DNA of 64,000 nucleotides, from NCBI RefSeq assembly GCF_036507355.1, contig NZ_AP027877.1, one strand, 5' to 3'. Positions 24,007 through 36,457 of the stretch are shown here, piece after piece. The DNA is from Escherichia coli. Lineage in GTDB: Bacteria; Pseudomonadota; Gammaproteobacteria; Enterobacterales; Enterobacteriaceae. Made by a program: the position numbers and the translations under genes. How positions within the stretch are numbered: position 1 is the stretch's first letter; every line of letters begins with the position of its first letter. The notes under the pieces were generated by a model. It made no database searches. It worked only from the letters and a program-made list of their open reading frames with translations, and was not told where the DNA came from.

Positions 24007-25329
24007 TTACAACGACTGATGTCGCGTCTCATGGGTCAGCAGCAGGGCGATTAACGTCAAGCCAGCCATCGCCGCCAGATATAACCCCACCGCACCTAAC
24101 CCGTAGTTAGTCTGCAACCAGGCTGCGATATACGGCGCAACGGAAGCCCCGAGAATCGACGCTACGTTGTAAGAGAATGATGCTCCGGTGTAACGCACTT
24201 CTGTTGGGAACAGCTCTGGTAACAGCGCGCCCATCGGCCCGAAGGTCAGCCCCATCAGACTTAACCCCAGCAGCAGGAAGGCAAAAACCAGAATCGGGTT
24301 GCCAGAACCGAGCAGCGGGTTAAAGGCGAACAGCGCGAACAGGATGATCAGCGTGGTGATAATTACCATGCTTTTACGGCGACCAAAGGCATCAGCCAGT
24401 AATCCGGCGACTGGCACCATCACGCCAAAACCAATAACTGCCATCATCAGCATCCACAACACTTCGTTACGCGGCAGGCCAAGCCCAACTGGCGCGGCGG
24501 CGGTACTGAAGGTCATAGAGTAGACCGTCATGATGTAAAACAGCGTATAGGTTGCCAGCATAATGAACGTACCCAGTACGGTTACGCGAACATGTTTGGT
24601 CAGCAGCGTACCCAGCGGGATCTTCACCTGTTTTTTCGCTTTAGCGACTTTCTCAAACACCGGCGACTCATGCAGCGACACGCGAACATACAGGCCGATA
24701 ATGACCAGCACCGCCGAGAAGATAAATGGCACACGCCAGCCCCAGCTCATAAACTGCTCGTCGGTCAGTAGCCAGGAAAGCAGCAAGAAAGTGCCGTTGG
24801 CAAAGAAGAAGCCAATCGGTGCGCCCAGCTGTGGGAAGGAGCCATACAGAGCACGTTTGCGCGGTGGGGCGTTTTCAGTCGCCAGCAGCGCCGCACCGCC
24901 CCATTCACCGCCTAAGCCAAGACCCTGACCAAATCGAGCCAGCGCCAGCAGCAGCGGGGCGAAAATACCAATCGTGGCATAGCCCGGCAGCAGACCAATC
25001 ACCACGGTCGAAATCCCCATCGTTAGCAACGAGGCGACCAGCGTCGCTTTACGCCCAACGCGATCGCCAAAATGACCAAATACGGCAGAGCCAATGGGGC
25101 GCGCGACGAAGGCGATGGCGAAGGTGGCGAGCGACTGTAGCGTTGCTGCCGTAGGATCGCCCTGCGGGAAGAAGATATGCGGAAATACAATAACGGCCGC
25201 AGTGGCGTAAATGTAAAAGTCGAAGAACTCAATGGCCGTGCCAATGAGAGAGGCGACAAGGACTTTATTACGCGAGTTGATCGGCGTGTATTCTTGCTCG
25301 TGGTCGAGTGTTGTGGCTGTTGCTTGCAT
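24007..25329 (-). CDS. yhjE: MFS transporter
   Basis: 440 aa polytopic membrane protein with MFS motifs. Confidence 0.85.
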   Translation of the reverse strand: MQATATTLDHEQEYTPINSRNKVLVASLIGTAIEFFDFYIYATAAVIVFPHIFFPQGDPTAATLQSLATFAIAFVARPIGSAVFGHFGDRVGRKATLVASLLTMGISTVVIGLLPGYATIGIFAPLLLALARFGQGLGLGGEWGGAALLATENAPPRKRALYGSFPQLGAPIGFFFANGTFLLLSWLLTDEQFMSWGWRVPFIFSAVLVIIGLYVRVSLHESPVFEKVAKAKKQVKIPLGTLLTKHVRVTVLGTFIMLATYTLFYIMTVYSMTFSTAAAPVGLGLPRNEVLWMLMMAVIGFGVMVPVAGLLADAFGRRKSMVIITTLIILFALFAFNPLLGSGNPILVFAFLLLGLSLMGLTFGPMGALLPELFPTEVRYTGASFSYNVASILGASVAPYIAAWLQTNYGLGAVGLYLAAMAGLTLIALLLTHETRHQSL

Positions 25330-25641
25330 AATCTTTTCTTATTTTTTGGCTAACGAATAGCCATATTACGCACAGCAAAAGTGATATTTCAATGTGTAAC
25401 AAATCGCGGAAATGGTCAAAAATAAGGCAAAAAGGGGATAATGTTTAGGCCAGTGATTTTTCTTCTATGAAATGCTTCACATAATTTTATAAATGGTGGA
25501 TAAAACTGGTTTCAGGTTAAATAAAAGTTACCAACTGGATTTATATGCTGGGGTTATGAGTTGGCATGAAATTGTTTGCTCCCAAATAGATGGCTGAAGA
25601 GGCTCTGGGGAAGAGTTTCAAGAGGTTATGTGCGCATTATA

Positions 25642-25716
25642 GCCGGATGCGATGCTGGCGCATCTTATCCGGCCTACGGGGAGCCAGGCCGAATAAATTC
25701 GTACGCCGCATCCGGC
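25642..25716. repeat. REP elements
   Basis: GCCGGATGCGATGCTGGCGCATCTTATCCGGCCTAC and GTACGCCGCATCCGGC. Confidence 0.7.
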
Positions 25717-25721
25717 CTATT

Positions 25722-26735
25722 TTAAGGCTGCGTTTTCCCCGGCATTCGCGGGTCGTCTTTATATTCGGCGGTGGCAATCCACGCCGCGCAAAACAGCGTC
25801 AAACGGGCGAAGAAGTAGAAAAATGCCATCAGCCCCAGCACGGAACCAAATGCTGCACCAGAGGGGGATTTCATCAGCGATGGCAGGGTGTAGGTCATCA
25901 CGATTTTAATCACTTCAAAACCAATAGCAGCCAGAAATGTTCCGCGAATCAGGGCTTTTTTGCGCGGACGGTGGCGCGGTAACCGCCAGAAGATCCAGAA
26001 GAAAAGCAGATAGTTGGCGAAGATGGAAATCGCCAGGCCAATCAACCGCCACGTCGGTTTCAGCCACTCAATGCTGTTCAGGTGCAGGGCGCTAATAATC
26101 ATTTGCTGCGCCGAACCGGCAACCGAGGTGATCGAAAGCGTCACAATCAGCGCAATCAACAAACCAATCAGCGAAATAAAATCACGCAGATATTTTACCC
26201 AGAACTTCTCCTGATCTTGCGGCGAGCGTTCCCAGACATCGCGCGACTGGGCACGAATCGCTTCACGCAGGTTACCCATCCAGTTGATGCCGGAATAAAG
26301 CGCCACCGCCAGGCCGACCAGCCCTACAGTCGTACGCTGCTGAACGGCGGTGTTGATGGTGTTTTTCAACGTAGCGGCTAGCGTCGGATCGCTGATGTTT
26401 TGCAGAATTTTGTCGAAGATATCCTGTAGCAACATCGGATGGGAGGCCAGCACAAAGCCCCCTGCGGCAAACGACACCATCAAAATCGGGATCATCGACA
26501 AAAATGAGAAATAGGTGATAGCCGCACCAAACTGGTTACCCAGCCGATCGTTAAAGCGTTCTGTCGCGCGAATAAGGTGCGCAATAATTGGTTGGCGTTG
26601 GACTTTTTCGGCAGTGGTGGTGACGGTTTCCAGCGCCTGGCTAACTTTGCCGCCTTTCTCGCTATTATCCAACGGCTTAATCGGCTCGTGCTCCAGATCC
26701 TGGGTGGGACGTTTGATCTCGTTTTCCTGCGTCAT
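25722..26735 (-). CDS. yhjD: Inner membrane protein of the YihY/virulence-factor BrkB family
   Basis: 337 aa, multiple TM helices. Confidence 0.8.
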   Translation of the reverse strand: MTQENEIKRPTQDLEHEPIKPLDNSEKGGKVSQALETVTTTAEKVQRQPIIAHLIRATERFNDRLGNQFGAAITYFSFLSMIPILMVSFAAGGFVLASHPMLLQDIFDKILQNISDPTLAATLKNTINTAVQQRTTVGLVGLAVALYSGINWMGNLREAIRAQSRDVWERSPQDQEKFWVKYLRDFISLIGLLIALIVTLSITSVAGSAQQMIISALHLNSIEWLKPTWRLIGLAISIFANYLLFFWIFWRLPRHRPRKKALIRGTFLAAIGFEVIKIVMTYTLPSLMKSPSGAAFGSVLGLMAFFYFFARLTLFCAAWIATAEYKDDPRMPGKTQP

Positions 26736-26783
26736 CCGCTCTTTTGTCCTTCTGTCGTGGTCATTCTTAAAAAGTATAGTCGG

Positions 26784-27683
26784 TCAGTCCAGGTACTCTT
26801 TCATTACGCCAGCCAGCCACTGCATAAACAGGTTTACACGCCGGGAAAGCTCCCGACGCTGCGGATAAACCAGCGAAAGGGAGAGCGGCTCGGCACGGTA
26901 GCCTGGCAACACTTCAATAAGCCGCCCGGCACGCAGGGCTTCGCGCACGGCAATGCGCGGGATCTGAATAATCCCCAGACCGGCAAGACCGGCGGCGAGA
27001 TAGTTTTCGCTACTGTTTACCGTCAACATGCCGCCAGACTTAAACCACTGGACGCCATTAACGCTGGCAACCTCAAAACCTAACGGATGTACACCCAGGT
27101 GCGGTGTATAACGCACTATTGCGTGTGAAGTCAGATCATCGGGGCTTTGCGGATAACCAAAGCGCGTCAGATAGTGCGGACTGGCACAGTTGACCATGGT
27201 CAGTTTGCCGAGGGGACGGGCGATAACGCCATCTTCCGGTAACGCGCCAGTGCGTATCACGCAATCAAAACCATCATGAAGAATATCTACCGGACGGTCA
27301 TGGCTACTCAGTTCCAGCTCAATTCCCGGATGCTGATAGAGAAATTCCGACAGGTGCGGCAGTAACAGGCTTTTCGCGATTCCTGGCGGGATGTCGATGC
27401 GTAATTTACCGCTGATACTGGTGGCATCCTGCTGAAACAGACCGTCCAGTTCGTTGAGATTACTCAACACATCTTTTGCTCGTTGATAATAGGTCATGCC
27501 TTCTGGCGTGAGTTTGACCCGTCGCGTGGTGCGCTGGAGAAGCTGGGTGCCAAGTTGATGTTCCAGTGCCTGTATCTGGCGCGAAATACTTCCTTTTGGC
27601 AAAGCAAAGAAATCCGCCGCGCGGGAAAAACTTTCCAGCTCCGCGACTTTGATGAACAACTGCATTGCGTGAATTTTATCCAT
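26784..27683 (-). CDS. yhjC: LysR-family transcriptional regulator
   Basis: Track ORF 26784..27755 trimmed to MDKIHAMQLFIKVAELESFSRAA (helix-turn-helix N-terminus typical of LysR). Confidence 0.8.
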   Translation of the reverse strand: MDKIHAMQLFIKVAELESFSRAADFFALPKGSISRQIQALEHQLGTQLLQRTTRRVKLTPEGMTYYQRAKDVLSNLNELDGLFQQDATSISGKLRIDIPPGIAKSLLLPHLSEFLYQHPGIELELSSHDRPVDILHDGFDCVIRTGALPEDGVIARPLGKLTMVNCASPHYLTRFGYPQSPDDLTSHAIVRYTPHLGVHPLGFEVASVNGVQWFKSGGMLTVNSSENYLAAGLAGLGIIQIPRIAVREALRAGRLIEVLPGYRAEPLSLSLVYPQRRELSRRVNLFMQWLAGVMKEYLD

Positions 27684-28202
27684 TTCTTTGACCGATTGTT
27701 GTTCACAGCGAAACAGTAACGCGCATATCGCATTGTTTATTGTTTTTTCTAACATCTAATGCCGGGTTTCACAATGTTGTCATAACGAATGTGGCGATTT
27801 CTCAGCAGGAAAAGGGCGGAATAGCTTTCTGAGAATGGTGAATCCCCTTAAACAGAGCGTATTTTTCAGCGATTCCCTTTAAAGTGAATAGAGGACGTAT
27901 TGGCTATTTGTGCTTATTTTTGTCTCATTGCCGTTTGTTATTTTGGCTTGTGGTCGCGGAATTTCATTTTTAATTGCATGCGTACTAACCATCAATATAA
28001 GGAAATCCTCAAAATTGTTTTAAATAGTGCCCTCGACATGTAATTTCAGGCGTTTAGCTGTAACTATTTATATCGGTAACTATTTTCTACGCGTCATCTC
28101 TGTAGAATGGCCACCGCCAAATGGCGAATTCTTATTTTTTCTCGCGGGTAATACCCTTCCACTACTTAAGTCTTTTTAACATATTCAGGTGGAGATTCAG
28201 TT

Positions 28203-28805
28203 ATGCAAATAGTCATGTTTGACAGGCAGTCAATATTTATTCATGGAATGAAAATCAGTTTACAGCAGCGTATTCCAGGAGTGAGTATTCAGGGGGCCAG
28301 TCAGGCAGACGAGTTATGGCAAAAGCTGGAAAGTTACCCTGAAGCCTTAGTTATGCTCGATGGCGATCAGGATGGTGAGTTTTGCTACTGGCTGCTGCAA
28401 AAAACCGTGGTGCAATTTCCTGAGGTTAAGGTGTTAATTACGGCGACGGATTGCAATAAACGGTGGTTACAGGAAGTTATCCATTTTAATGTGCTGGCCA
28501 TTGTGCCTCGTGATTCAACCGTCGAGACATTTGCGTTGGCGGTAAATAGTGCGGCGATGGGGATGATGTTTCTGCCTGGAGACTGGCGGACGACGCCGGA
28601 AAAGGACATTAAAGATCTCAAATCGTTAAGCGCCCGCCAGCGGGAGATTTTAACCATGTTAGCGGCGGGCGAATCAAACAAGGAGATCGGCAGAGCGCTG
28701 AATATCAGTACCGGAACGGTAAAAGCGCATCTGGAATCCCTGTATCGCCGTCTGGAAGTGAAAAATCGCACCCAGGCGGCAATGATGTTAAATATCTCCT
28801 CCTGA
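28203..28805 (+). CDS. yhjB: LuxR/FixJ-family response-regulator-like protein
   Basis: 200 aa; C-terminal LuxR helix-turn-helix (EILTMLAAGESNKEIGRALNISTGTVKAHLESLYRRL); stop codon lies within the IS4 target duplication, ORF intact. Confidence 0.85.
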   Translation: MQIVMFDRQSIFIHGMKISLQQRIPGVSIQGASQADELWQKLESYPEALVMLDGDQDGEFCYWLLQKTVVQFPEVKVLITATDCNKRWLQEVIHFNVLAIVPRDSTVETFALAVNSAAMGMMFLPGDWRTTPEKDIKDLKSLSARQREILTMLAAGESNKEIGRALNISTGTVKAHLESLYRRLEVKNRTQAAMMLNISS

Positions 28806-28807
28806 AG
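28796..28807. repeat. IS4 target-site duplication, left copy (CTCCTCCTGAAG)
   Basis: Identical 12-mer at 30234..30245 directly flanks the other IS4 end. Confidence 0.85.
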
Positions 28808-30233
28808 TAATGCCGATCAGTTAAGGATCAGTTGACCGATCCAGTGGCTGTGTAAGAATCCGGAAACGCTCACTCGTTTCCGGATTTTTTTATGCACATT
28901 GGACAGGCTCTTGATCTGGTATCCCGTTACGATTCTCTGCGTAACCCACTGACTTCTCTGGGGGATTACCTCGACCCCGAACTCATCTCTCGTTGCCTTG
29001 CCGAATCAGGTACTGTAACGCTACGCAAGCGCCGTCTTCCCCTCGAAATGATGGTCTGGTGTATTGTTGGCATGGCGCTTGAGCGTAAAGAACCTCTTCA
29101 CCAGATTGTGAATCGCCTGGACATCATGCTGCCGGGCAATCGCCCCTTCGTTGCCCCCAGTGCTGTTATTCAGGCCCGCCAGCGCCTGGGAAGTGAGGCT
29201 GTCCGCCGCGTGTTCACGAAAACAGCGCAGCTCTGGCATAACGCCACGCCGCATCCGCACTGGTGCGGCCTGACCCTGCTGGCCATCGATGGTGTGTTCT
29301 GGCGCACACCGGATACACCAGAGAACGATGCAGCCTTCCCTCGCCAGACACATGCCGGGACCCCGGCGCTCTACCCGCAGGTCAAAATGGTCTGCCAGAT
29401 GGAACTGACCAGCCATCTGCTGACGGCTGCAGCCTTCGGCACGATGAAGAACAGCGAAAATGAGCTTGCTGAGCAACTTATAGAACAAACCGGCGATAAC
29501 ACTCTGACGTTAATGGATAAAGGTTATTACTCACTGGGATTGTTAAATGCCTGGAGCCTGGCGGGAGAACACCGCCACTGGATGATCCCTCTCAGAAAGG
29601 GAGCGCAATATGAAGAGATCAGAAAACTGGGTAAAGGCGATCATCTGGTGAAGCTGAAAACCAGCCCGCAGGCACGAAAAAAGTGGCCGGGACTGGGAAA
29701 TGAGGTGACAGCCCGCCTGCTGACCGTGACGCGCAAAGGAAAAGTCTGCCATCTGCTGACGTCGATGACGGACGCCATGCGCTTCCCCGGAGGAGAAATG
29801 GCGGATCTGTACAGTCATCGCTGGGAAATCGAACTGGGATACAGGGAGATAAAACAGACGATGCAACTGAGCAGGCTGACGCTGAGAAGTAAAAAGCCTG
29901 AGCTTGTGGAGCAAGAGCTGTGGGGTGTCTTACTGGCTTATAATCTGGTGAGATATCAGATGATTAAAATGGCGGAACATCTGAAAGGTTACTGGCCAAA
30001 TCAACTGAGCTTCTCAGAATCATGCGGAATGGTGATGAGAATGCTGATGATATTGCAGGGCGCTTCACCGGGACGTATACCGGAGCTGATGCGCGATCTT
30101 GCAAGTATGGGACAACTTGTGAAATTACCGACAAGAAGGGAAAGGGCCTTCCCGAGAGTGGTAAAGGAGAGGCCCTGGAAATACCCCACAGCCCCGAAAA
30201 AGAGCCAGTCAGTTGCTTAACTGACTGGCATTA
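28808..30233 (+). mobile_element. IS4 insertion sequence (1426 bp)
   Basis: Terminal inverted repeats TAATGCCGATCAGTTAAG (left) and TAATGCCAGTCAGTTAAG (right, reverse complement); exact length 1426 bp; single 442-aa transposase; 12-bp direct duplication. Confidence 0.92.
28892..30220 (+). CDS. insG: IS4 transposase
   Basis: 442 aa, [26 protein letters not shown]...; DDE transposase of the IS4 family. Confidence 0.92.
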   Translation: MHIGQALDLVSRYDSLRNPLTSLGDYLDPELISRCLAESGTVTLRKRRLPLEMMVWCIVGMALERKEPLHQIVNRLDIMLPGNRPFVAPSAVIQARQRLGSEAVRRVFTKTAQLWHNATPHPHWCGLTLLAIDGVFWRTPDTPENDAAFPRQTHAGTPALYPQVKMVCQMELTSHLLTAAAFGTMKNSENELAEQLIEQTGDNTLTLMDKGYYSLGLLNAWSLAGEHRHWMIPLRKGAQYEEIRKLGKGDHLVKLKTSPQARKKWPGLGNEVTARLLTVTRKGKVCHLLTSMTDAMRFPGGEMADLYSHRWEIELGYREIKQTMQLSRLTLRSKKPELVEQELWGVLLAYNLVRYQMIKMAEHLKGYWPNQLSFSESCGMVMRMLMILQGASPGRIPELMRDLASMGQLVKLPTRRERAFPRVVKERPWKYPTAPKKSQSVA

Positions 30234-30245
30234 CTCCTCCTGAAG
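30234..30245. repeat. IS4 target-site duplication, right copy (CTCCTCCTGAAG)
   Basis: Matches 28796..28807. Confidence 0.85.
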
Positions 30246-30293
30246 AGGATAATTTTACAGCCAGCAGGAAGTTAGCGGCTGGCTGTAAAAATA

Positions 30294-31973
<1,680 letters not shown>

Positions 31974-32346
31974 TTATCGGCTTTTCTTTAATGGTAGTCA
32001 TTCGCTCCGCCTGGTGGGCGACAAAGCGTGCGGTGGATCACGTTTATTAACCTGTCAAAAAATATAACGCACTAATATCAATGGAATTTATAAAAATACA
32101 GATTTCGTGTTGTTTTTCATTTTCAGAACATTCAATCCTGCTCTCGCCGCAATCATGATATGCCATTCCTGATCTGGGTAATAGGCACAGGCTATCTTAT
32201 TGATAGTTTATATTCATGTAATTGATTGATTCCTATCAAAAAGCGTATCTCCCTGTTTTTTATGATGGCTTTGTCTCGCAGAGACGTTTGCAGCATTCAG
32301 GAAAATTTTCTGGGTCACAATAACTCACCACCGTGAGGGAAGAATA

Positions 32347-33744
32347 ATGAAAATGGTCTCACGTATTACCGCGATCGGCCTGGCTGGCGTCGCGATTTGC
32401 TATTTAGGGTTATCTGGTTATGTGTGGTACCACGATAATAAACGCAGTAAACAGGCCGATGTTCAGGCATCTGCTGTCAGTGAAAATAATAAGGTTTTAG
32501 GCTTTCTCCGCGAAAAAGGATGTGACTATTGCCACACGCCTTCGGCAGAATTACCCGCCTATTATTATATTCCTGGCGCGAAACAGTTGATGGATTACGA
32601 CATTAAGCTTGGATATAAATCTTTTAACCTCGAGGCCGTGCGTGCGGCACTGTTGGCTGATAAACCCGTTTCGCAAAGCGATCTGAATAAGATTGAATGG
32701 GTGATGCAGTATGAAACTATGCCACCAACACGTTATACCGCGCTACACTGGGCGGGTAAGGTGAGTGATGAAGAGCGGGCGGAAATACTCGCCTGGATTG
32801 CAAAACAGCGCGCGGAATATTATGCCAGCAATGATACTGCTCCGGAACATCGCAATGAACCGGTGCAGCCCATCCCGCAAAAACTACCTACTGATGCGCA
32901 AAAAGTGACGTTGGGCTTTGCGCTGTATCACGATCCCCGTTTATCGGCTGATAGCACCATTTCATGCGCTCATTGCCATGCGTTGAATGCGGGGGGGGTC
33001 GATGGCAGAAAAACATCGATTGGTGTTGGTGGCGCAGTTGGGCCGATTAACGCGCCGACGGTATTTAACTCAGTATTTAACGTTGAGCAGTTCTGGGATG
33101 GTCGTGCGGCAACATTGCAGGATCAGGCTGGTGGACCGCCGTTGAACCCGATTGAAATGGCGTCGAAATCATGGGACGAAATTATTGCTAAGCTGGAAAA
33201 AGATCCGCAGCTTAAAGCGCAGTTTCTCGAAGTCTATCCGCAAGGTTTCAGTGGCGAAAATATTACTGATGCCATTGCTGAATTTGAGAAAACATTAATT
33301 ACGCCGGATTCCCCATTTGATAAATGGTTGCGTGGAGATGAGAATGCGCTGACGGCGCAACAGAAAAAAGGCTATCAATTATTTAAAGATAATAAATGTG
33401 CAACTTGTCATGGTGGTATTATTCTCGGCGGACGTTCCTTTGAACCGTTGGGGCTGAAAAAAGACTTTAACTTTGGGGAAATTACGGCGGCGGATATTGG
33501 TCGTATGAATGTGACTAAAGAAGAGCGTGATAAATTGCGTCAGAAAGTACCCGGTTTACGTAACGTTGCTTTAACGGCACCGTACTTCCATCGCGGTGAC
33601 GTGCCGACGCTGGACGGGGCGGTGAAACTGATGTTGCGCTATCAGGTAGGCAAAGAGCTGCCGCAGGAGGATGTGGATGATATCGTAGCTTTCCTGCACA
33701 GTCTGAACGGGGTGTACACGCCGTATATGCAGGATAAACAATAA
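32347..33744 (+). CDS. ccp: Di-haem cytochrome c peroxidase
   Basis: 465 aa, N-terminal membrane anchor, multiple CxxCH haem-binding motifs (CDYCH, CAHCH, CATCH). Confidence 0.9.
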   Translation: MKMVSRITAIGLAGVAICYLGLSGYVWYHDNKRSKQADVQASAVSENNKVLGFLREKGCDYCHTPSAELPAYYYIPGAKQLMDYDIKLGYKSFNLEAVRAALLADKPVSQSDLNKIEWVMQYETMPPTRYTALHWAGKVSDEERAEILAWIAKQRAEYYASNDTAPEHRNEPVQPIPQKLPTDAQKVTLGFALYHDPRLSADSTISCAHCHALNAGGVDGRKTSIGVGGAVGPINAPTVFNSVFNVEQFWDGRAATLQDQAGGPPLNPIEMASKSWDEIIAKLEKDPQLKAQFLEVYPQGFSGENITDAIAEFEKTLITPDSPFDKWLRGDENALTAQQKKGYQLFKDNKCATCHGGIILGGRSFEPLGLKKDFNFGEITAADIGRMNVTKEERDKLRQKVPGLRNVALTAPYFHRGDVPTLDGAVKLMLRYQVGKELPQEDVDDIVAFLHSLNGVYTPYMQDKQ

Positions 33745-33855
33745 TTAATTTGATCGCCCGAACAGGAATGTTTGGGCGATTTTTATTACGATAATAAAGT
33801 CTGTTTTTAATATTATCATGTTAAATGTTTATATTATAAAAAGTCGTTTTTCTGC

Positions 33856-33875
33856 TTAGGATTTTGTTATTTAAA
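33856..33875 (+). promoter_or_regulatory. GAD box (GadE/RcsB binding site) in the gadA promoter
   Basis: TTAGGATTTTGTTATTTAAA about 80 bp upstream of gadA ATG. Confidence 0.7.
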
Positions 33876-33954
33876 TTAAGCCTGTAATGCCTTGCTTCCA
33901 TTGCGGATAAATCCTACTTTTTTATTGCCTTCAAATAAATTTAAGGAGTTCGAA

Positions 33955-35355
33955 ATGGACCAGAAGCTGTTAACGGATTTCCGCTCAGAACTACTCGATT
34001 CACGTTTTGGCGCAAAGGCCATTTCTACTATCGCGGAGTCAAAACGATTTCCGCTGCACGAAATGCGCGATGATGTCGCATTCCAGATTATCAATGATGA
34101 ATTATATCTTGATGGCAACGCTCGTCAGAACCTGGCCACTTTCTGCCAGACCTGGGACGACGAAAACGTCCATAAATTGATGGATTTGTCGATCAATAAA
34201 AACTGGATCGACAAAGAAGAATATCCGCAATCCGCAGCCATCGACCTGCGTTGCGTAAACATGGTTGCCGATCTGTGGCATGCGCCTGCGCCGAAAAATG
34301 GTCAGGCCGTTGGCACCAACACCATTGGTTCTTCCGAGGCTTGTATGCTTGGCGGGATGGCGATGAAATGGCGTTGGCGCAAGCGTATGGAAGCTGCAGG
34401 CAAACCAACGGATAAACCAAACCTGGTGTGCGGTCCGGTACAAATCTGCTGGCATAAATTCGCCCGCTACTGGGATGTGGAGCTGCGTGAGATCCCTATG
34501 CGCCCCGGTCAGTTGTTTATGGACCCGAAACGCATGATTGAAGCCTGCGACGAAAACACCATCGGCGTGGTGCCGACTTTCGGCGTGACCTACACCGGTA
34601 ACTATGAGTTCCCGCAACCGCTGCACGATGCGCTGGATAAATTCCAGGCCGACACCGGTATCGACATCGACATGCACATCGACGCCGCCAGCGGTGGCTT
34701 CCTGGCACCGTTCGTCGCCCCGGATATCGTCTGGGACTTCCGCCTGCCGCGTGTGAAATCGATCAGTGCTTCAGGCCATAAATTCGGTCTGGCTCCGCTG
34801 GGCTGCGGCTGGGTTATCTGGCGTGATGAAGAAGCGCTGCCGCAGGAACTGGTGTTCAACGTTGACTACCTGGGGGGGCAGATTGGTACTTTCGCCATCA
34901 ACTTCTCCCGCCCGGCAGGTCAGGTGATTGCACAGTACTATGAATTCTTGCGCCTTGGTCGTGAAGGCTATACCAAAGTACAGAATGCTTCCTACCAGGT
35001 CGCTGCCTATCTGGCGGATGAAATCGCCAAACTGGGGCCGTATGAGTTCATCTGTACGGGTCGCCCGGACGAAGGCATCCCGGCGGTTTGCTTCAAACTG
35101 AAAGATGGTGAAGATCCGGGATACACCCTGTACGACCTCTCTGAACGTCTGCGTCTGCGCGGCTGGCAGGTTCCGGCCTTCACTCTCGGCGGTGAAGCCA
35201 CCGACATCGTGGTGATGCGCATTATGTGTCGTCGCGGCTTCGAAATGGACTTTGCTGAACTGTTGCTGGAAGACTACAAAGCCTCCCTGAAATATCTCAG
35301 CGATCACCCGAAACTGCAGGGTATTGCCCAGCAGAACAGCTTTAAACACACCTGA
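33955..35355 (+). CDS. gadA: Glutamate decarboxylase alpha
   Basis: Track ORF 33892..35355 trimmed to [19 protein letters not shown] (466 aa); PLP-dependent; assigned gadA rather than gadB by its position next to gadX. Confidence 0.9.
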   Translation: MDQKLLTDFRSELLDSRFGAKAISTIAESKRFPLHEMRDDVAFQIINDELYLDGNARQNLATFCQTWDDENVHKLMDLSINKNWIDKEEYPQSAAIDLRCVNMVADLWHAPAPKNGQAVGTNTIGSSEACMLGGMAMKWRWRKRMEAAGKPTDKPNLVCGPVQICWHKFARYWDVELREIPMRPGQLFMDPKRMIEACDENTIGVVPTFGVTYTGNYEFPQPLHDALDKFQADTGIDIDMHIDAASGGFLAPFVAPDIVWDFRLPRVKSISASGHKFGLAPLGCGWVIWRDEEALPQELVFNVDYLGGQIGTFAINFSRPAGQVIAQYYEFLRLGREGYTKVQNASYQVAAYLADEIAKLGPYEFICTGRPDEGIPAVCFKLKDGEDPGYTLYDLSERLRLRGWQVPAFTLGGEATDIVVMRIMCRRGFEMDFAELLLEDYKASLKYLSDHPKLQGIAQQNSFKHT

Positions 35356-35370
35356 TAACATAACGTTGTA

Positions 35371-35420
35371 AAAACCGAATGCCCAGCCTTTAAAAAAACA
35401 GCTGGGCATTCGGTTGCTTA
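35371..35420 (+). terminator. Rho-independent terminator after gadA
   Basis: Stem CCGAATGCCCAGC...GCTGGGCATTCGG with flanking A/T runs. Confidence 0.75.
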
Positions 35421-35759
35421 TTAATCGCAATAATATATTGGCTGTCTATTCATCGTGTTGATAAGATATATGTTATATGAATGTTTATTAAATGTAGCGA
35501 TTACCTTTAATGTCACGAAAGGGGATTATTTGCTTACTATTAATTTCCCTGCGTTCTTAAACACGTATTTGTATTATAAATCCAGTCATCCTGCCCGTAG
35601 AACATCACACATTATCATCCTGTTCTCCCGCTTCGTTTAAATTTATTTATCAATCAATTTGACTTAAGAGGGCGGCGTGCTACATTAATAAACAGTAATA
35701 TGTTTATGTAATATTAAGTCAACTATGCAATCACTACATGGGAAGGTAATGACTCCAAC

Positions 35760-36263
35760 TTATTGATAGTGTTTTATGTTCAGATAATGCCCGATGACTT
35801 TGTCATGCAGCTCCACCGATTTTGAGAACGACAGCGACTTCCGTCCCAGCCGTGCCAGGTGCTGCCTCAGATTCAGGTTATGCCGCTCAATTCGCTGCGT
35901 ATATCGCTTGCTGATTACGTGCAGCTTTCCCTTCAGGCGGGATTCATACAGCGGCCAGCCATCCGTCATCCATATCACCACGTCAAAGGGTGACAGCAGG
36001 CTCATAAGACGCCCCAGCGTCGCCATCGTGCGTTCACCGAATACGTGCGCAACAACCGTCTTCCGGAGCCTGTCATACGCGTAAAACAGCCAGCGCTGGC
36101 GCGATTTAGCCCCGACATAGCCCCACTGTTCGTCCATTTCCGCGCAGACGATGACGTCACTGCCCGGCTGTATGCGCGAGGTTACCGACTGCGGCCTGAG
36201 TTTTTTAAGTGACGTAAAATCGTGTTGAGGCCAATGCCCATAATGCGGGCTGTTGCCCGGCAT
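35760..36263 (-). CDS. insB: IS1 transposase InsB frame (made as InsAB' by -1 frameshift)
   Basis: 167 aa [36 protein letters not shown]...; A6C slippery motif upstream. Confidence 0.9.
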   Translation of the reverse strand: MPGNSPHYGHWPQHDFTSLKKLRPQSVTSRIQPGSDVIVCAEMDEQWGYVGAKSRQRWLFYAYDRLRKTVVAHVFGERTMATLGRLMSLLSPFDVVIWMTDGWPLYESRLKGKLHVISKRYTQRIERHNLNLRQHLARLGRKSLSFSKSVELHDKVIGHYLNIKHYQ

Positions 36264-36457
36264 CCAACGCCATTCATGGCCATATCAATGATTTTCTGGT
36301 GCGTACCGGGTTGAGAAGCGGTGTAAGTGAACTGCAGTTGCCATGTTTTACGGCAGTGAGAGCAGAGATAGCGCTGATGTCCGGCGGTGCTTTTGCCGTT
36401 ACGCACCACCCCGTCAGTAGCTGAACAGGAGGGACAGCTGATAGAAACAGAAGCCAC
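36182..36457 (-). CDS. insA: IS1 InsA
   Basis: 91 aa [40 protein letters not shown]... Confidence 0.9.
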   Translation of the reverse strand: MASVSISCPSCSATDGVVRNGKSTAGHQRYLCSHCRKTWQLQFTYTASQPGTHQKIIDMAMNGVGCRATARIMGIGLNTILRHLKNSGRSR

